DNA of 64,000 nucleotides, from IMG/VR virus record IMGVR_UViG_3300035698_017305, positions 1-64,000 of that record; one strand, 5' to 3'. Under the pieces are notes generated by a model. The model did not search any database, had not been told where the DNA came from, and saw only the letters and a program-made list of their open reading frames with translations. Below are positions 19,242-28,419 of this stretch, one piece after another. The translations under genes were made by a program, and so were the position numbers. The DNA comes from a virus. Position 1 is the first letter of the stretch. Every line of letters begins with the position of its first letter.

Positions 19242-19329
19242 TGCCTGAGGCGGGAGTTGAACCCGCATGGCCGTATAAGGTACCCAGGGATTTTAAGTCC
19301 CTTGTGTCTACCAGTTCCACCACCCAGGC
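19242..19329 (-). tRNA. trnL: tRNA-Leu(TAA)
   Basis: AGGGA-CTTAAAA-TCCCT, long variable arm. Confidence 0.95.
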
Positions 19330-19339
19330 TAGGATAGTA

Positions 19340-20527
19340 TTATGGCGAACCTACGAATGGAAATCCACTAGTTAATCTGCGGGTGTCTGCATTAAGTACC
19401 CATTGCCTACCTGCCTTTGCCGAGTTAGTCCAGTTGGCATCGCCAGCCTTCTTAACCTTAACGACGTCAGATGTCCCACCACACAGCTCTATATAGCTGC
19501 CAGTTAGCACAGCATCCTTCTTAGGGTCTAAGGCTTTGTGTCCGTAGAATGCGGCAGTCTTCTCAGCATTGAACCCAGATGATAGCATGATGCCTTTATG
19601 TCCACATCTATCCCGGGCTAGTGTACCTTGTACCGCGTGGTATGCCTCCATGCTCACGCCTCTACCATGCTCCCACTTGTCCATCTCCGTGACTAGAACC
19701 TTCTCCTTACCCATAGGAATAGGTACACACCCTTCACAGTACCGTTCACCCGCCGTATCCAACCGGACTCCCCACCACATAGGGTTATCCTTGAACGCGT
19801 CACATGCCTGCCGGGTGGCCTGTAGCTCTTTGCCCTCATAATCTAGCAGGACTACAAACGGAGTACGCGGGTGGGTCTTGTTGAACATGTATGCACTATC
19901 CACTGACGCTAACTCAGCTACACGGTATTCCCGTTCAGATGCTACGCTAACCAAGGTGTTGAGTGCGTGGGGGATAGTACCTACTGGGTTCTTGTCCATA
20001 CCATCGAACGCGTATACTGCACCCTCCATAGTAGAGGTACCGCTGGCTCCTCCTATAGAAGCTGCTCTAACTATATAGGGCCATAACTCTGGCGGGTAGT
20101 GCCGAGCTGATGCATCATATACTGGGGCACCATGGGCAGCAATCCATATGTCGTGCATGTTTAATGCTGTTTTGCACATAGTAAGGGTGGACAGAATCCA
20201 GGTTTCCCATGGGATCAAGTCTACAGCCTTGCCCTCAAACAGGAGCACTATCTCTTTGGCCTCGAAGATCCTACCCTCTTGCAGATACTTGACCCGGGTT
20301 GCCCCCGCTCTTTCAAGCCCGGCAAGAACCCTGTCCATACCAGATATCATTCCAGGTTTACGGAAAAAGGTACGGTATTGTACCTGAGTGTTTATATCTA
20401 TCCCGCTACTAAGGTTCCTGATGACCTCTACTGATCGGGGGAAGTAGATATCTGAATATCTCTTTATAGCAACGTGGTTTGGAATTAACACATCTACCTC
20501 CAAAGTTGAGGGGGCTGCACTACACAA
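19340..20527 (-). CDS. pncB: Nicotinate phosphoribosyltransferase-like (type II PRTase)
   Basis: DASARH, GTIPHAL, LLDY, GVRLDT, SSGFN motifs. Confidence 0.75.
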   Translation of the reverse strand: MCSAAPSTLEVDVLIPNHVAIKRYSDIYFPRSVEVIRNLSSGIDINTQVQYRTFFRKPGMISGMDRVLAGLERAGATRVKYLQEGRIFEAKEIVLLFEGKAVDLIPWETWILSTLTMCKTALNMHDIWIAAHGAPVYDASARHYPPELWPYIVRAASIGGASGTSTMEGAVYAFDGMDKNPVGTIPHALNTLVSVASEREYRVAELASVDSAYMFNKTHPRTPFVVLLDYEGKELQATRQACDAFKDNPMWWGVRLDTAGERYCEGCVPIPMGKEKVLVTEMDKWEHGRGVSMEAYHAVQGTLARDRCGHKGIMLSSGFNAEKTAAFYGHKALDPKKDAVLTGSYIELCGGTSDVVKVKKAGDANWTNSAKAGRQWVLNADTRRLTSGFPFVGSP

Positions 20528-20540
20528 CCCCCTCCGTTTA

Positions 20541-20753
20541 CTAAATACCCTGTGCCGCTTTCAGAGCTTGGCACACCGCGCTTTCCCATGATGTCTTGAT
20601 ACAGGATGCAGTCAGAGATTTGTTGATGTTCCTACCAATCTTGAGTACTTCCTTAGATATAGGATCCGGTTCAGCCGTAGTCTCGGTCTTAACCTCAGCC
20701 TTGGGCTTAACAACCGGTGCCGGTTTGGGGTCTTTGGAACGATCATATTTCAC
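20541..20753 (-). CDS. Small hypothetical protein
   Basis: 70 aa ORF. Confidence 0.5.
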   Translation of the reverse strand: MKYDRSKDPKPAPVVKPKAEVKTETTAEPDPISKEVLKIGRNINKSLTASCIKTSWESAVCQALKAAQGI

Positions 20754-20773
20754 TCGGTGGCGATTTAGGGAAC

Positions 20774-22051
20774 TTACTTTTTTCTTGTTCCGGAAGGTAC
20801 GCTCATATCAAGTGAGATGTCTTGGGCTGCCTTCATGCCCAGGATGGACATGAAATCAGTGGATGTGAACCCAGCGCCTTTGCCATCACCCCCACCCATA
20901 ACGATACTGGGCACCATCGACGGCCATGTCTTGGAAGCACTGGCCCAGAACTCTTGGCTCTTAACCCAGGCATCCAATTTCGGTTGGAGCGCGCCATCCG
21001 CTTGCATGTTCAGCCTTTTACGTTCAGCTTCACCTTGGCCAAGGAGGATATTCCTCTGTTTGGTTTCAACAGCAGCCAGTCGGTCCAGCTTGGCTTGCTC
21101 CAAACTTGCCTCAGCCCTCACAATCTTCTGTGTTTTCGCCACTTCTTCAATGGCCCTTGTCTCTTCAACTTGTGCCAAAGCCTCTGCCTTGGCCTTTTCA
21201 GCACGGGCCCCAGCTTGCAGGGCCTCAGCTTGCTGGGTTATGATATCCATTCGTGCCTTCCTTTGCTTCTCGATCTGGTCCATAACCACCGTCGGGTAGT
21301 CGATGCCGTCGATTACAAAGTTTGTCATTTGGATACCGTACCGTTCGAAGGGGGACTCTTGCCGGAGGAATCCGTTGATGCATTTGGGGTTGGTGATGTC
21401 GGTACAAGCGGTGCCATGGGCGATCTTGACCTTCTTGACTTCACCAGTAACCTCGTCGGTGACATCTTCCTCCTTCAGGTTAACCACCAGGACACCATGG
21501 CGTAACTGATCTTCCGCCAAGCCCAGGAACTCTGCTCGTCTTGCACTGTAGGACTCTGCCGCAGTCATGTGGGGGCCAGTAGCGAAGATAGCCTTACGGG
21601 ATTGGGGGCCGACCAGATTGGATAGCATTCCCTTATGCCCATGGAACTCTGTGTGCATCTGAATCAACTGGCTACACACCATGGGGGTCAACACTCGAAC
21701 CGATCCTGATACAGGTGCCTTGGTGCCATCACTGAATCGAGTAGGTAACGGACCACTCAGGATATCGGTGTTCTCATCGCCTTCACCACGAACTCGGAAA
21801 GCGTATGTGGACGCGACGGGGTACGTGTAAATGTCCCCGAGTCCCTGCCAGTACGTGCCGGGGTCCAACCGACATGTCATTGTGCCAGAATAGATAGCCT
21901 GCTTCACTTGGTAGTAGCCTACCCGGTTTGTCTCGAACAAGTTGCCGCCAAGCATAACCACCACCAGTAGGGCAATGATCCCAATGCATACACCGATAAT
22001 CAGTTTGACCGGCGGGCCAGCACTACGAGCCTGTGAGCTTTTGTCTGCCAT
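20774..22051 (-). CDS. SPFH/band-7 family membrane protein
   Basis: N-terminal TM, band-7 core (FERYGIQMTNFVIDGIDYP), AE-rich coiled coil. Confidence 0.85.
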   Translation of the reverse strand: MADKSSQARSAGPPVKLIIGVCIGIIALLVVVMLGGNLFETNRVGYYQVKQAIYSGTMTCRLDPGTYWQGLGDIYTYPVASTYAFRVRGEGDENTDILSGPLPTRFSDGTKAPVSGSVRVLTPMVCSQLIQMHTEFHGHKGMLSNLVGPQSRKAIFATGPHMTAAESYSARRAEFLGLAEDQLRHGVLVVNLKEEDVTDEVTGEVKKVKIAHGTACTDITNPKCINGFLRQESPFERYGIQMTNFVIDGIDYPTVVMDQIEKQRKARMDIITQQAEALQAGARAEKAKAEALAQVEETRAIEEVAKTQKIVRAEASLEQAKLDRLAAVETKQRNILLGQGEAERKRLNMQADGALQPKLDAWVKSQEFWASASKTWPSMVPSIVMGGGDGKGAGFTSTDFMSILGMKAAQDISLDMSVPSGTRKK

Positions 22052-22080
22052 TTTTACTTCACCTCCAGAATGTTACGGGT

Positions 22081-22497
22081 TTATACCCTGTCCTTGTTTT
22101 GGTCCGGGGAATCATCGGTGTCCGAACCGTCACCGTTATATACTTCGCCTTGCTCAGCTTCCAGTTCCCCGATAAGGGTGTCCTCTTTGTCGATCTGAAT
22201 CTGTAACTGTATCAAGCTGTCTGTGGATGTTTTCATCTCCTTCGTGATCTGGGCTTCGGTTGTAGCTAGTGATAGCTGTGCTTGCAGTACCTTACGGTGC
22301 CGCTTCTTATCCTCCAATCTTTCCCGTGCCGACTCCAGGGCGATCTCATCCCCGAATGGGTCGTCATCCTCTTCCTCTTCTGGCTCCTTCTTTGTAGTGA
22401 GGAGTGGTATGATCACCTTCCACACTATGAGTCCAAGAATGAGCAATCCCGTTAGATAGATCAGTGCTTGTCCTAACAAGGCTCTTTCTCCTTCCAT
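22081..22497 (-). CDS. Membrane-anchored coiled-coil protein
   Basis: N-terminal TM then acidic/coiled region; upstream of SPFH gene. Confidence 0.7.
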   Translation of the reverse strand: MEGERALLGQALIYLTGLLILGLIVWKVIIPLLTTKKEPEEEEDDDPFGDEIALESARERLEDKKRHRKVLQAQLSLATTEAQITKEMKTSTDSLIQLQIQIDKEDTLIGELEAEQGEVYNGDGSDTDDSPDQNKDRV

Positions 22498-22581
22498 GCT
22501 CGCACTATTACTGAAATGAAGTCTATTGCCGCTATCGTCACTACCAACCCTATGGACGCCAGAACTATCATAGTCTGGTTG

Positions 22582-23097
22582 TCATTTTTCTTCTTCCGCC
22601 ACCACATGCTCAACTCCTCCTGTACAGCGTATGTATTTATCCATCCCGTCAATCTTAATGAAGTACTTGACCCCGCGTTCATCTTCCTTCGTATACAGGC
22701 TCACCCGCTTCCGCTTAGGGATGTAGGGGACCGTCATGTCCTGGACAGTGATGAGAGTTATGTCCGTCTCTATAACGGAGTAACCCCCAACCTTAGTTGA
22801 AGGAGTCATGCCAGCAACCTTCCCAAGGTTCTTCTCTACCAGCTTATATTCACTTTGCTGGGACACTACTTCCGATAGTTGTTCCTTAGGAGTCTTATGT
22901 CCGAAAACGCCCAGCGATGACAGGTAAGCCACACCCAGCATTGCCAGCCCAACCCCCATAACTAGCAGCGTCATCCAAGGCAGAGGATTGTTCAAGCGAA
23001 GAGTCAGGCGACGGGTTGGACGATAAACAGACTGTGGCCGCCTCGGTTTTGGCTTTAACTGTCGGTTTCTAACAGGCAGCAGGTTTACTTTTATCAT
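22582..23097 (-). CDS. Bitopic membrane protein with PilN-like N-terminus
   Basis: MIKVNLLP after SD GGAG; TM at about residues 40-62. Confidence 0.6.
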   Translation of the reverse strand: MIKVNLLPVRNRQLKPKPRRPQSVYRPTRRLTLRLNNPLPWMTLLVMGVGLAMLGVAYLSSLGVFGHKTPKEQLSEVVSQQSEYKLVEKNLGKVAGMTPSTKVGGYSVIETDITLITVQDMTVPYIPKRKRVSLYTKEDERGVKYFIKIDGMDKYIRCTGGVEHVVAEEEK

Positions 23098-23234
23098 TGC
23101 TCCACATCTCCTTTTCAACTGCTCAGCAGTCTGCTAGTATCAGCTAACCTTTACGGTTATTGATAATTTAAAACCATTTCAGGTATAAGTGCCTGCAATC
23201 AGGTTACATCCTCCAACAACACAAGGAGAACAAG

Positions 23235-23552
23235 ATGGCCAAGACTCAGTGTGCGGTCCCGGGGTGCAAGAACACAGCAAGCAAACGGTATGATGACCGA
23301 CCTGCGGTGTGCTTGTCCTGCTACCGGACGTTACCACGAAATGGTAATGTTCCAGTGATACCAGGGCTGGATGACGAGCCACAAGCGGTAGAGGCAGACA
23401 GTATTCATTTAGCTCATAATGATACTCCAGAACCGAAACGACTATGGAGACAAGGGATAGATGTGCTGCATCAGGTACAGAAACTCTCTGATAGGTCCAG
23501 AGGTCGGATCGAAACACACATTGCCACCCAGATACTTACTGACACCCCGTAG
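23235..23552 (+). CDS. Zn-finger-containing N-terminal part of a split phosphoesterase gene
   Basis: CxxxxC...CxxC; ends ILTDTP-TAG. Confidence 0.65.
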   Translation: MAKTQCAVPGCKNTASKRYDDRPAVCLSCYRTLPRNGNVPVIPGLDDEPQAVEADSIHLAHNDTPEPKRLWRQGIDVLHQVQKLSDRSRGRIETHIATQILTDTP

Positions 23553-23557
23553 CTATT

Positions 23558-24295
23558 ATGTGGTCTGCCGACTGGCATTTGGGCAGCCTTAGCACAGACG
23601 CGAGGGGCGTTGAGAAACATCTAGATCTGCTCATCAACTCACCCGAACTTAGAATGGTCACGGTCGGGGATCTCATTGAGAACACTCGGGTCTTCAGGTC
23701 TTTGGAAGCGGTCACTTCCCAGTCTATTAGCCCTGAACTACAAATGGATATCGCAGAAGATCTTATTGAGGACCTGTCTTCCAGGGATCTGCTGCTTGCG
23801 GCATTTTGGGGCAATCATGATGTGGAAAGAGACGAACGCCTCTTCGGATCATCACCCCTAGCCAAGATATTCGCCCAGTACTCAGTACCCTACTTTGCCG
23901 GTATCGGGGTCATGGATCTTATTGTGGGATCTCAAACCTACAAGATAGTAGCCACCCACAAGTACAAGGGTAACAGCGCCACTAATGACCTCCACAGTCC
24001 CAATAAGCTACACATGGAAAAGTGCTCGGATGCGGATGTAGCAGTTACTGCTCACACCCATAGGCCAGCTCACAGCACCGTGTTTAGGTACTTGGGTGGG
24101 ATCGAACGGCAAGTGGAACTAATTAAAACAGGCACGTACAAAAGTGATGACGTGTTCAGTGTCAGGCATTTCTCTCCAGGGGTGGTCGGGGTCCCAACAA
24201 CAGTGTTCTACCCTCACCACAAAGAGATGATTACATTCTCTAGTCCGATGGCAGCGGTCACCTACATTCGGGCTGAAAGGAGAGTGAACAAGTAA
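23558..24295 (+). CDS. Calcineurin-like metallophosphoesterase
   Basis: ADWHLG, GDLIEN, GNHD, TH, AHTH motifs. Confidence 0.85.
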   Translation: MWSADWHLGSLSTDARGVEKHLDLLINSPELRMVTVGDLIENTRVFRSLEAVTSQSISPELQMDIAEDLIEDLSSRDLLLAAFWGNHDVERDERLFGSSPLAKIFAQYSVPYFAGIGVMDLIVGSQTYKIVATHKYKGNSATNDLHSPNKLHMEKCSDADVAVTAHTHRPAHSTVFRYLGGIERQVELIKTGTYKSDDVFSVRHFSPGVVGVPTTVFYPHHKEMITFSSPMAAVTYIRAERRVNK

Positions 24296-24303
24296 AGGGT
24301 AAG

Positions 24304-24376
24304 CGCCCCGGCCAGGATTCGAACCTGGGACCTACGGCTTAGAAGGCCGTTACTCTATCCGCTGAGTTACCGGGGC
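24304..24376 (-). tRNA. trnR: tRNA-Arg(TCT)
   Basis: ACGGC-CTTCTAA-GCCGT. Confidence 0.95.
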
Positions 24377-24385
24377 GCAAAACCT

Positions 24386-24565
24386 TTAGAACGGATGGGA
24401 GGGTAAGTACATCATACCCAATATGATCAGGAACACCAACAGATAAGGTATAAAGGCAAAGATCATCCCGTTTAACCATGGGTGATCCATCTGGTCTAAT
24501 GGTGTGTAGTCATAGTCGGGAGGCGGTATATGATTGTTTGGGTCAGTCTTCCATTTCTCTTTCAT
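24386..24565 (-). CDS. Small membrane protein (59 aa, below ORF-track cutoff)
   Basis: MKEKWKTD...hydrophobic C-terminus; fills the gap between two tRNAs. Confidence 0.45.
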   Translation of the reverse strand: MKEKWKTDPNNHIPPPDYDYTPLDQMDHPWLNGMIFAFIPYLLVFLIILGMMYLPSHPF

Positions 24566-24668
24566 TTTTAGCCCCTCATTTGCTACGGATAGTTGTACCT
24601 TACTATCATTAACTCGATCAATGTGAAACCCCTCTTACTTTTCATACCCGCACTCCTTATAATTATTG

Positions 24669-24744
24669 TGGTGCCCCCAGAAGGATTCGAACCTTCGACC
24701 TACCGCTTAGGAGGCGGTTGCTCTATCCCCTGAGCTATGGAGGC
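24669..24744 (-). tRNA. trnR: tRNA-Arg(CCT), CCA encoded
   Basis: ACCGC-CTCCTAA-GCGGT. Confidence 0.95.
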
Positions 24745-24751
24745 TATTTAC

Positions 24752-25327
24752 CTATGTCGCTGAGATCGCTACGTAGTAGTACTTTCCCTTCTCTAGTATA
24801 GCCCCGCTGAGTTCAAGGTACTGTACCATTAGTTCGTCATCTTCACTGCCTGCTTGGATTACGACCATGGATGAATCGTCGTGGGTGCTGGCACCCCTAG
24901 CTACGCACCAGTCTATCAGGTCATCACCAAAACCCGCAGCATCTATCTGGAAGCATAGTGTCAGGCCCCTATCAAATCCTGGTTTGATGGCGTACTCTAG
25001 GTCCTCCTTTACGGATTCAGGGTCGGTCAGGTAGAACTTGGATACTTTCCCATCCCCCTCTACTACCATCGCTATAGCGCCAATGCCGGTAGTAGAGGTA
25101 CCGAACAGTCCGTTTAAGAACCCCAGGGCTCCGAGAGTGTACCACTTGTTATTCTCATCCCCAGCAGAGGAAGTTACCACCTGTATGGAAGGGTGCTTCG
25201 CTACTTTCTCGTTAACCCCAACCCGAATACCGTCCATGAAAACCTGGCATCCCGGTGGGTCATTCTCTAACAGCCAGTTCAGTTGGTCTACCACATCCTG
25301 TGGTGTTATGCTCTTTTTGAATCCCAT
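24752..25327 (-). CDS. Hypothetical protein
   Basis: 191 aa; SD AGGAGG. Confidence 0.7.
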   Translation of the reverse strand: MGFKKSITPQDVVDQLNWLLENDPPGCQVFMDGIRVGVNEKVAKHPSIQVVTSSAGDENNKWYTLGALGFLNGLFGTSTTGIGAIAMVVEGDGKVSKFYLTDPESVKEDLEYAIKPGFDRGLTLCFQIDAAGFGDDLIDWCVARGASTHDDSSMVVIQAGSEDDELMVQYLELSGAILEKGKYYYVAISAT

Positions 25328-25336
25328 TGTACCTCC

Positions 25337-25708
25337 TTAACTGAATGGACTATTATGTTTCGTCACATGCTTTCTCAGGTACTCCTGTGTTTGAGAGGAC
25401 GTCTCAAGCTCCTTGGTCTTTATCTTCTCCAAGAACACATCAAAGGCACTGGAGGTAGGGGCAAGCCGAGTAGGGTACCGTAGGAAGAACGTCCTGTTTA
25501 TGGTATCAATCAACTCTCCTATACACGCGTTGCACCAGTCATACTTCTCTGAGTGGGACTCCCTGTAGTCACTATCACAGTCTACTTCCGCACCATCCGC
25601 GAAGTCAAACCGCACAATCCCATTATTTCCTTGGTCTGACCGGACCACTTTGCCACAACAGTCACAGGTTGTTTCAACTATGGCTGGTTGTATCACCTTT
25701 CTAGACAT
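25337..25708 (-). CDS. Hypothetical protein with CxxC pairs
   Basis: TCDCCG and WCNAC. Confidence 0.65.
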   Translation of the reverse strand: MSRKVIQPAIVETTCDCCGKVVRSDQGNNGIVRFDFADGAEVDCDSDYRESHSEKYDWCNACIGELIDTINRTFFLRYPTRLAPTSSAFDVFLEKIKTKELETSSQTQEYLRKHVTKHNSPFS

Positions 25709-25818
25709 ATATAATCCTCCGTATTCATTGTAGTACTTATGTCAGGATAACTAGCTAAAGAGAAAGGGTGGAGATTTCCCCCACCCCCCTCAGAACTCGC
25801 GTAGCCGGTTGGCCTACC

Positions 25819-26241
25819 TTATTTCTTGCCCGTCGTAACTGCTTTCTTCTTGTACTTCTTTACCACTTTCTTCTTGGCAGTGGCCTTGGTAAGTTTGCCT
25901 TCACATACAGACAGTGCCGTCTTGGACTTGGACAGGCTCATGTTGGCGTCACTGTAGTTAGAGTTGGCCTTGCTCAAGCTGAGCTTCAGTTTACCAATTT
26001 CACCGGCCTGCGCCTTGATGTCGGAGTTGGCCTCAGTCAGCTTGGTGGCGTAACTGCCGTACCCTCCACCGAAGCCGAGTCCGAGGCAGATCAGCCCAAC
26101 CATGATCAGGATGAAGTATTGCATACCGGTCCAACCCGGGTCATCCTTCTTGTCAATCTTGGCGGGGACTTTCACAGGGATTGCCTCCTTCGGTAATACT
26201 GCGTCATCTTTCTTCAGGTCATTGGTCTTGTCTTCGTTCAT
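25819..26241 (-). CDS. Membrane-anchored coiled-coil protein with basic tail
   Basis: Start re-placed at MNEDK after SD GGAGG; track start lies inside a tRNA. Confidence 0.7.
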   Translation of the reverse strand: MNEDKTNDLKKDDAVLPKEAIPVKVPAKIDKKDDPGWTGMQYFILIMVGLICLGLGFGGGYGSYATKLTEANSDIKAQAGEIGKLKLSLSKANSNYSDANMSLSKSKTALSVCEGKLTKATAKKKVVKKYKKKAVTTGKK

Positions 26242-26274
26242 GCGTCCTCCATTAAGGAATGTGGTGTGGGAAAC

Positions 26275-26351
26275 TGGTGGGCCCAGAAGGATTCGAACCT
26301 TCGACAATCCGGTTATGAGCCGGGAGCTCTAGCCAACTGAGCTATGGGCCC
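26275..26351 (-). tRNA. tRNA(CAT), Ile2- or elongator Met-type, CCA encoded
   Basis: GGGCCCA acceptor; CCGG-CTCATAA-CCGG. Confidence 0.9.
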
Positions 26352-26357
26352 TAAGGT

Positions 26358-26645
26358 CTAAACTGCTTTAGGGACATCATCCTCTTCAATCCACTCTTGC
26401 ACCTGCCTGAGTGGGTAACTCCTCCTCTTGCCTTCGGCCAGGAACCGTACCATGGGCCCCAGCACTTGAATTGTATGAACTGCCTTTATGGTCCTCCACT
26501 GCTGGACCGCCTTTAACTTCCGAATAGGTAATGTGCCGTCCTCATCACAGGGCTCAGGTACCAACTCAGACAGTAGATGCACTTTTACAGTGGTCGGTTT
26601 GTCCATTTTGATGGTGAGATATTCACCCACGATCTTGTCTGACAT
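26358..26645 (-). CDS. Hypothetical protein
   Basis: 95 aa; SD AGGAGG. Confidence 0.65.
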   Translation of the reverse strand: MSDKIVGEYLTIKMDKPTTVKVHLLSELVPEPCDEDGTLPIRKLKAVQQWRTIKAVHTIQVLGPMVRFLAEGKRRSYPLRQVQEWIEEDDVPKAV

Positions 26646-26694
26646 GTCTCCTCCTTTGGGCTAGTTTCTTCTCTAACCCTCTTATGGCACAAAG

Positions 26695-26715
26695 TAGGAC
26701 GAGAGGGATTTGAAC
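26695..26715 (-). repeat. 21-bp direct repeat of the 3' end of tRNA-Leu(CAA)
   Basis: taggacgagagggatttgaac at 26695-26715 and 26941-26961. Confidence 0.9.
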
Positions 26716-26717
26716 TA

Positions 26718-26927
26718 CTAATCATAATCTTCCCCACCGGCATCTAAATATCTAAGATATGATTTATTGTATTCGTCAAGTTCTCCTCCTTTAAACCATT
26801 TATCCCAACACCTAGATGAGCAGAAATGATCTTTCCACACAGGATTTTCAATAGTAGACTTTGTATACGCCTTCTTGCATGTTGTGCACATTACGATAGG
26901 AGTCTTCTCTTTGTCTGCCACTTTCAT
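26718..26927 (-). CDS. Small Zn-binding protein (FCS/TRASH-like)
   Basis: CTTC...HFCSSRC. Confidence 0.65.
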   Translation of the reverse strand: MKVADKEKTPIVMCTTCKKAYTKSTIENPVWKDHFCSSRCWDKWFKGGELDEYNKSYLRYLDAGGEDYD

Positions 26928-26940
26928 TATGATCCCCTAA

Positions 26941-27024
26941 TAGGACGAGAGGGATTTGAACCCTCACAAGGTTTCCCCCACCAGATTTTGAATCTGGCGC
27001 GTCTACCAGTTCCGCCACCGTCCC
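26941..27024 (-). tRNA. trnL: tRNA-Leu(CAA)
   Basis: CCAGA-TTCAAAA-TCTGG, long variable arm. Confidence 0.95.
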
Positions 27025-27027
27025 ATA

Positions 27028-27255
27028 TTACAGTGCTGATATAGAGCTCCACCACCATCCAGTCATGGTACATACCCCGACCATCAGGGACATAAGCATC
27101 AATGGTAAGATCCTCTTACGGATAAGCTTAGGTCTATCTGCTGCAAAGGGGAGAATTGTATCTTCCTCAAACTTTCCGCGCTGTTCCCACCCAAAGAAAC
27201 CCCCAAGGAAAAACAGTAAGGCTATCACTCCAGCGAAGAGTACAGAGTCCATCAT
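27028..27255 (-). CDS. Small two-TM membrane protein
   Basis: 75 aa hydrophobic. Confidence 0.6.
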   Translation of the reverse strand: MMDSVLFAGVIALLFFLGGFFGWEQRGKFEEDTILPFAADRPKLIRKRILPLMLMSLMVGVCTMTGWWWSSISAL

Positions 27256-27296
27256 TGTGGCACCTCATATATTTGTGTAGGTTTATCCAGAACCAG

Positions 27297-27369
27297 TTGC
27301 CGTGAGTGGAGTCGAACCACCTACCTAACGCTTATCAGGCGTTCGCTCTACCAGATGAGCTACACGGCA
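27297..27369 (-). tRNA. trnI: tRNA-Ile(GAT)
   Basis: AACGC-CTGATAA-GCGTT. Confidence 0.95.
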
Positions 27370-27372
27370 ATA

Positions 27373-27448
27373 AGCCACCCCCCGGAATCGAACCGGCAAA
27401 GTTGGATGTTTTGCAGACATCCCGCCCCAACCAGGAACACAAGGTGGC
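27373..27448 (-). tRNA. trnC: tRNA-Cys(GCA), degenerate D arm
   Basis: GGATGT-CTGCAAA-ACATCC; U73; G.G mismatch in T stem. Confidence 0.8.
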
Positions 27449-27457
27449 TTCTATCTA

Positions 27458-27544
27458 TGGACTACCTAGGAATCGAACCTAGCTGACCGCTTCCACGATA
27501 CTGAGTTTACAGCCCAGTCACCCTCCATAGATGGCTAGTAGTCC
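27458..27544 (-). tRNA. trnY: tRNA-Tyr(GTA)
   Basis: CTGGG-CTGTAAA-CTCAG; long variable arm; GGACTAC/GTAGTCC. Confidence 0.9.
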
Positions 27545-27549
27545 TTCTC

Positions 27550-28101
27550 TCACTTATTGTACCAGATCCAAGACCAGCACCATAACATATCTCCGTTGGA
27601 TAGTATCAGCCCTACTGGGATAATTCTACCATCCCCGTCATTGGGTCCAGTGCATCCTGTGTACCCATGGCCCATGAACACCTTATGAAGGTCACTGAGG
27701 ATAGGACCCTTGGCTTTAGGATCCATAGAACTTCTCCAGAAGTTGACATCGCACGCCATGTCCCACTTGTAGTTGCTCTTCATCTCACCTGGGTAGGAGT
27801 TAAACGTGGGGTCATCTGTTACCAGCATCTGAGGGATGAGCCAGTAGTATTTGTTTCCATATTCTAAAGGGCACTCGTACTTCACACACTCTTCCACCGT
27901 GCGAGAGTCTACCCCGAAGCGTTTCCGTAGGGTAACCCAAGGGTTAAAGTCAAAGCAGCTCAGAAAGACCTGAGTCTTGAAGTCAGTTACGTCCGGTGGG
28001 GGCAGTATATAGTCCTCCCCGCGTATGAAGTCGCCTCCTATATCATCTGGGACATACACATTAGGGGCTTTCAGAATCTCTACTCTCTTTTCAGTCGCCA
28101 T
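27550..28101 (-). CDS. Hypothetical protein
   Basis: 183 aa ORF. Confidence 0.7.
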   Translation of the reverse strand: MATEKRVEILKAPNVYVPDDIGGDFIRGEDYILPPPDVTDFKTQVFLSCFDFNPWVTLRKRFGVDSRTVEECVKYECPLEYGNKYYWLIPQMLVTDDPTFNSYPGEMKSNYKWDMACDVNFWRSSMDPKAKGPILSDLHKVFMGHGYTGCTGPNDGDGRIIPVGLILSNGDMLWCWSWIWYNK

Positions 28102-28309
28102 TGCCGTTCCCTTTCATCAATTCCTTGTTACATCCAGACTCCACCCGATACTGGCCACCTTCCCTATTTGGGTCATTGGTTTGCATCTGTCGTAATAGAT
28201 CCCGTATCATAGTCATTGCTTCATCATTAGTTAGGTCTATCACTAACAGGTCCCGCATGTGATCCTTCGGGTTATCCCAATCAGGCTTCCTTAGTAAACT
28301 TGCTCTCAT
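28091..28309 (-). CDS. Small hypothetical protein
   Basis: 72 aa; overlaps next gene. Confidence 0.6.
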   Translation of the reverse strand: MRASLLRKPDWDNPKDHMRDLLVIDLTNDEAMTMIRDLLRQMQTNDPNREGGQYRVESGCNKELMKGNGNGD

Positions 28310-28336
28310 TCAACCCACTCCATCCACTGTTGTTAA

Positions 28337-28409
28337 TGTGCCGAGCGGGACTTGAACCCACAGTCAACAGATTAAAAGTCTGCTGCTTTACCAATTAAGC
28401 TACCGACAC
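28337..28409 (-). tRNA. trnK: tRNA-Lys(TTT)
   Basis: GCAGA-CTTTTAA-TCTGT. Confidence 0.95.
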
Positions 28410-28419
28410 TAGACACTAT

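Noticed and set aside
19228-19323. ORF-track starts inside tRNA genes (also 26242-26307 and 29329-29592)
   Set aside because: They overlap complete cloverleaves; downstream SD-linked starts exist or the ORF is unsupported
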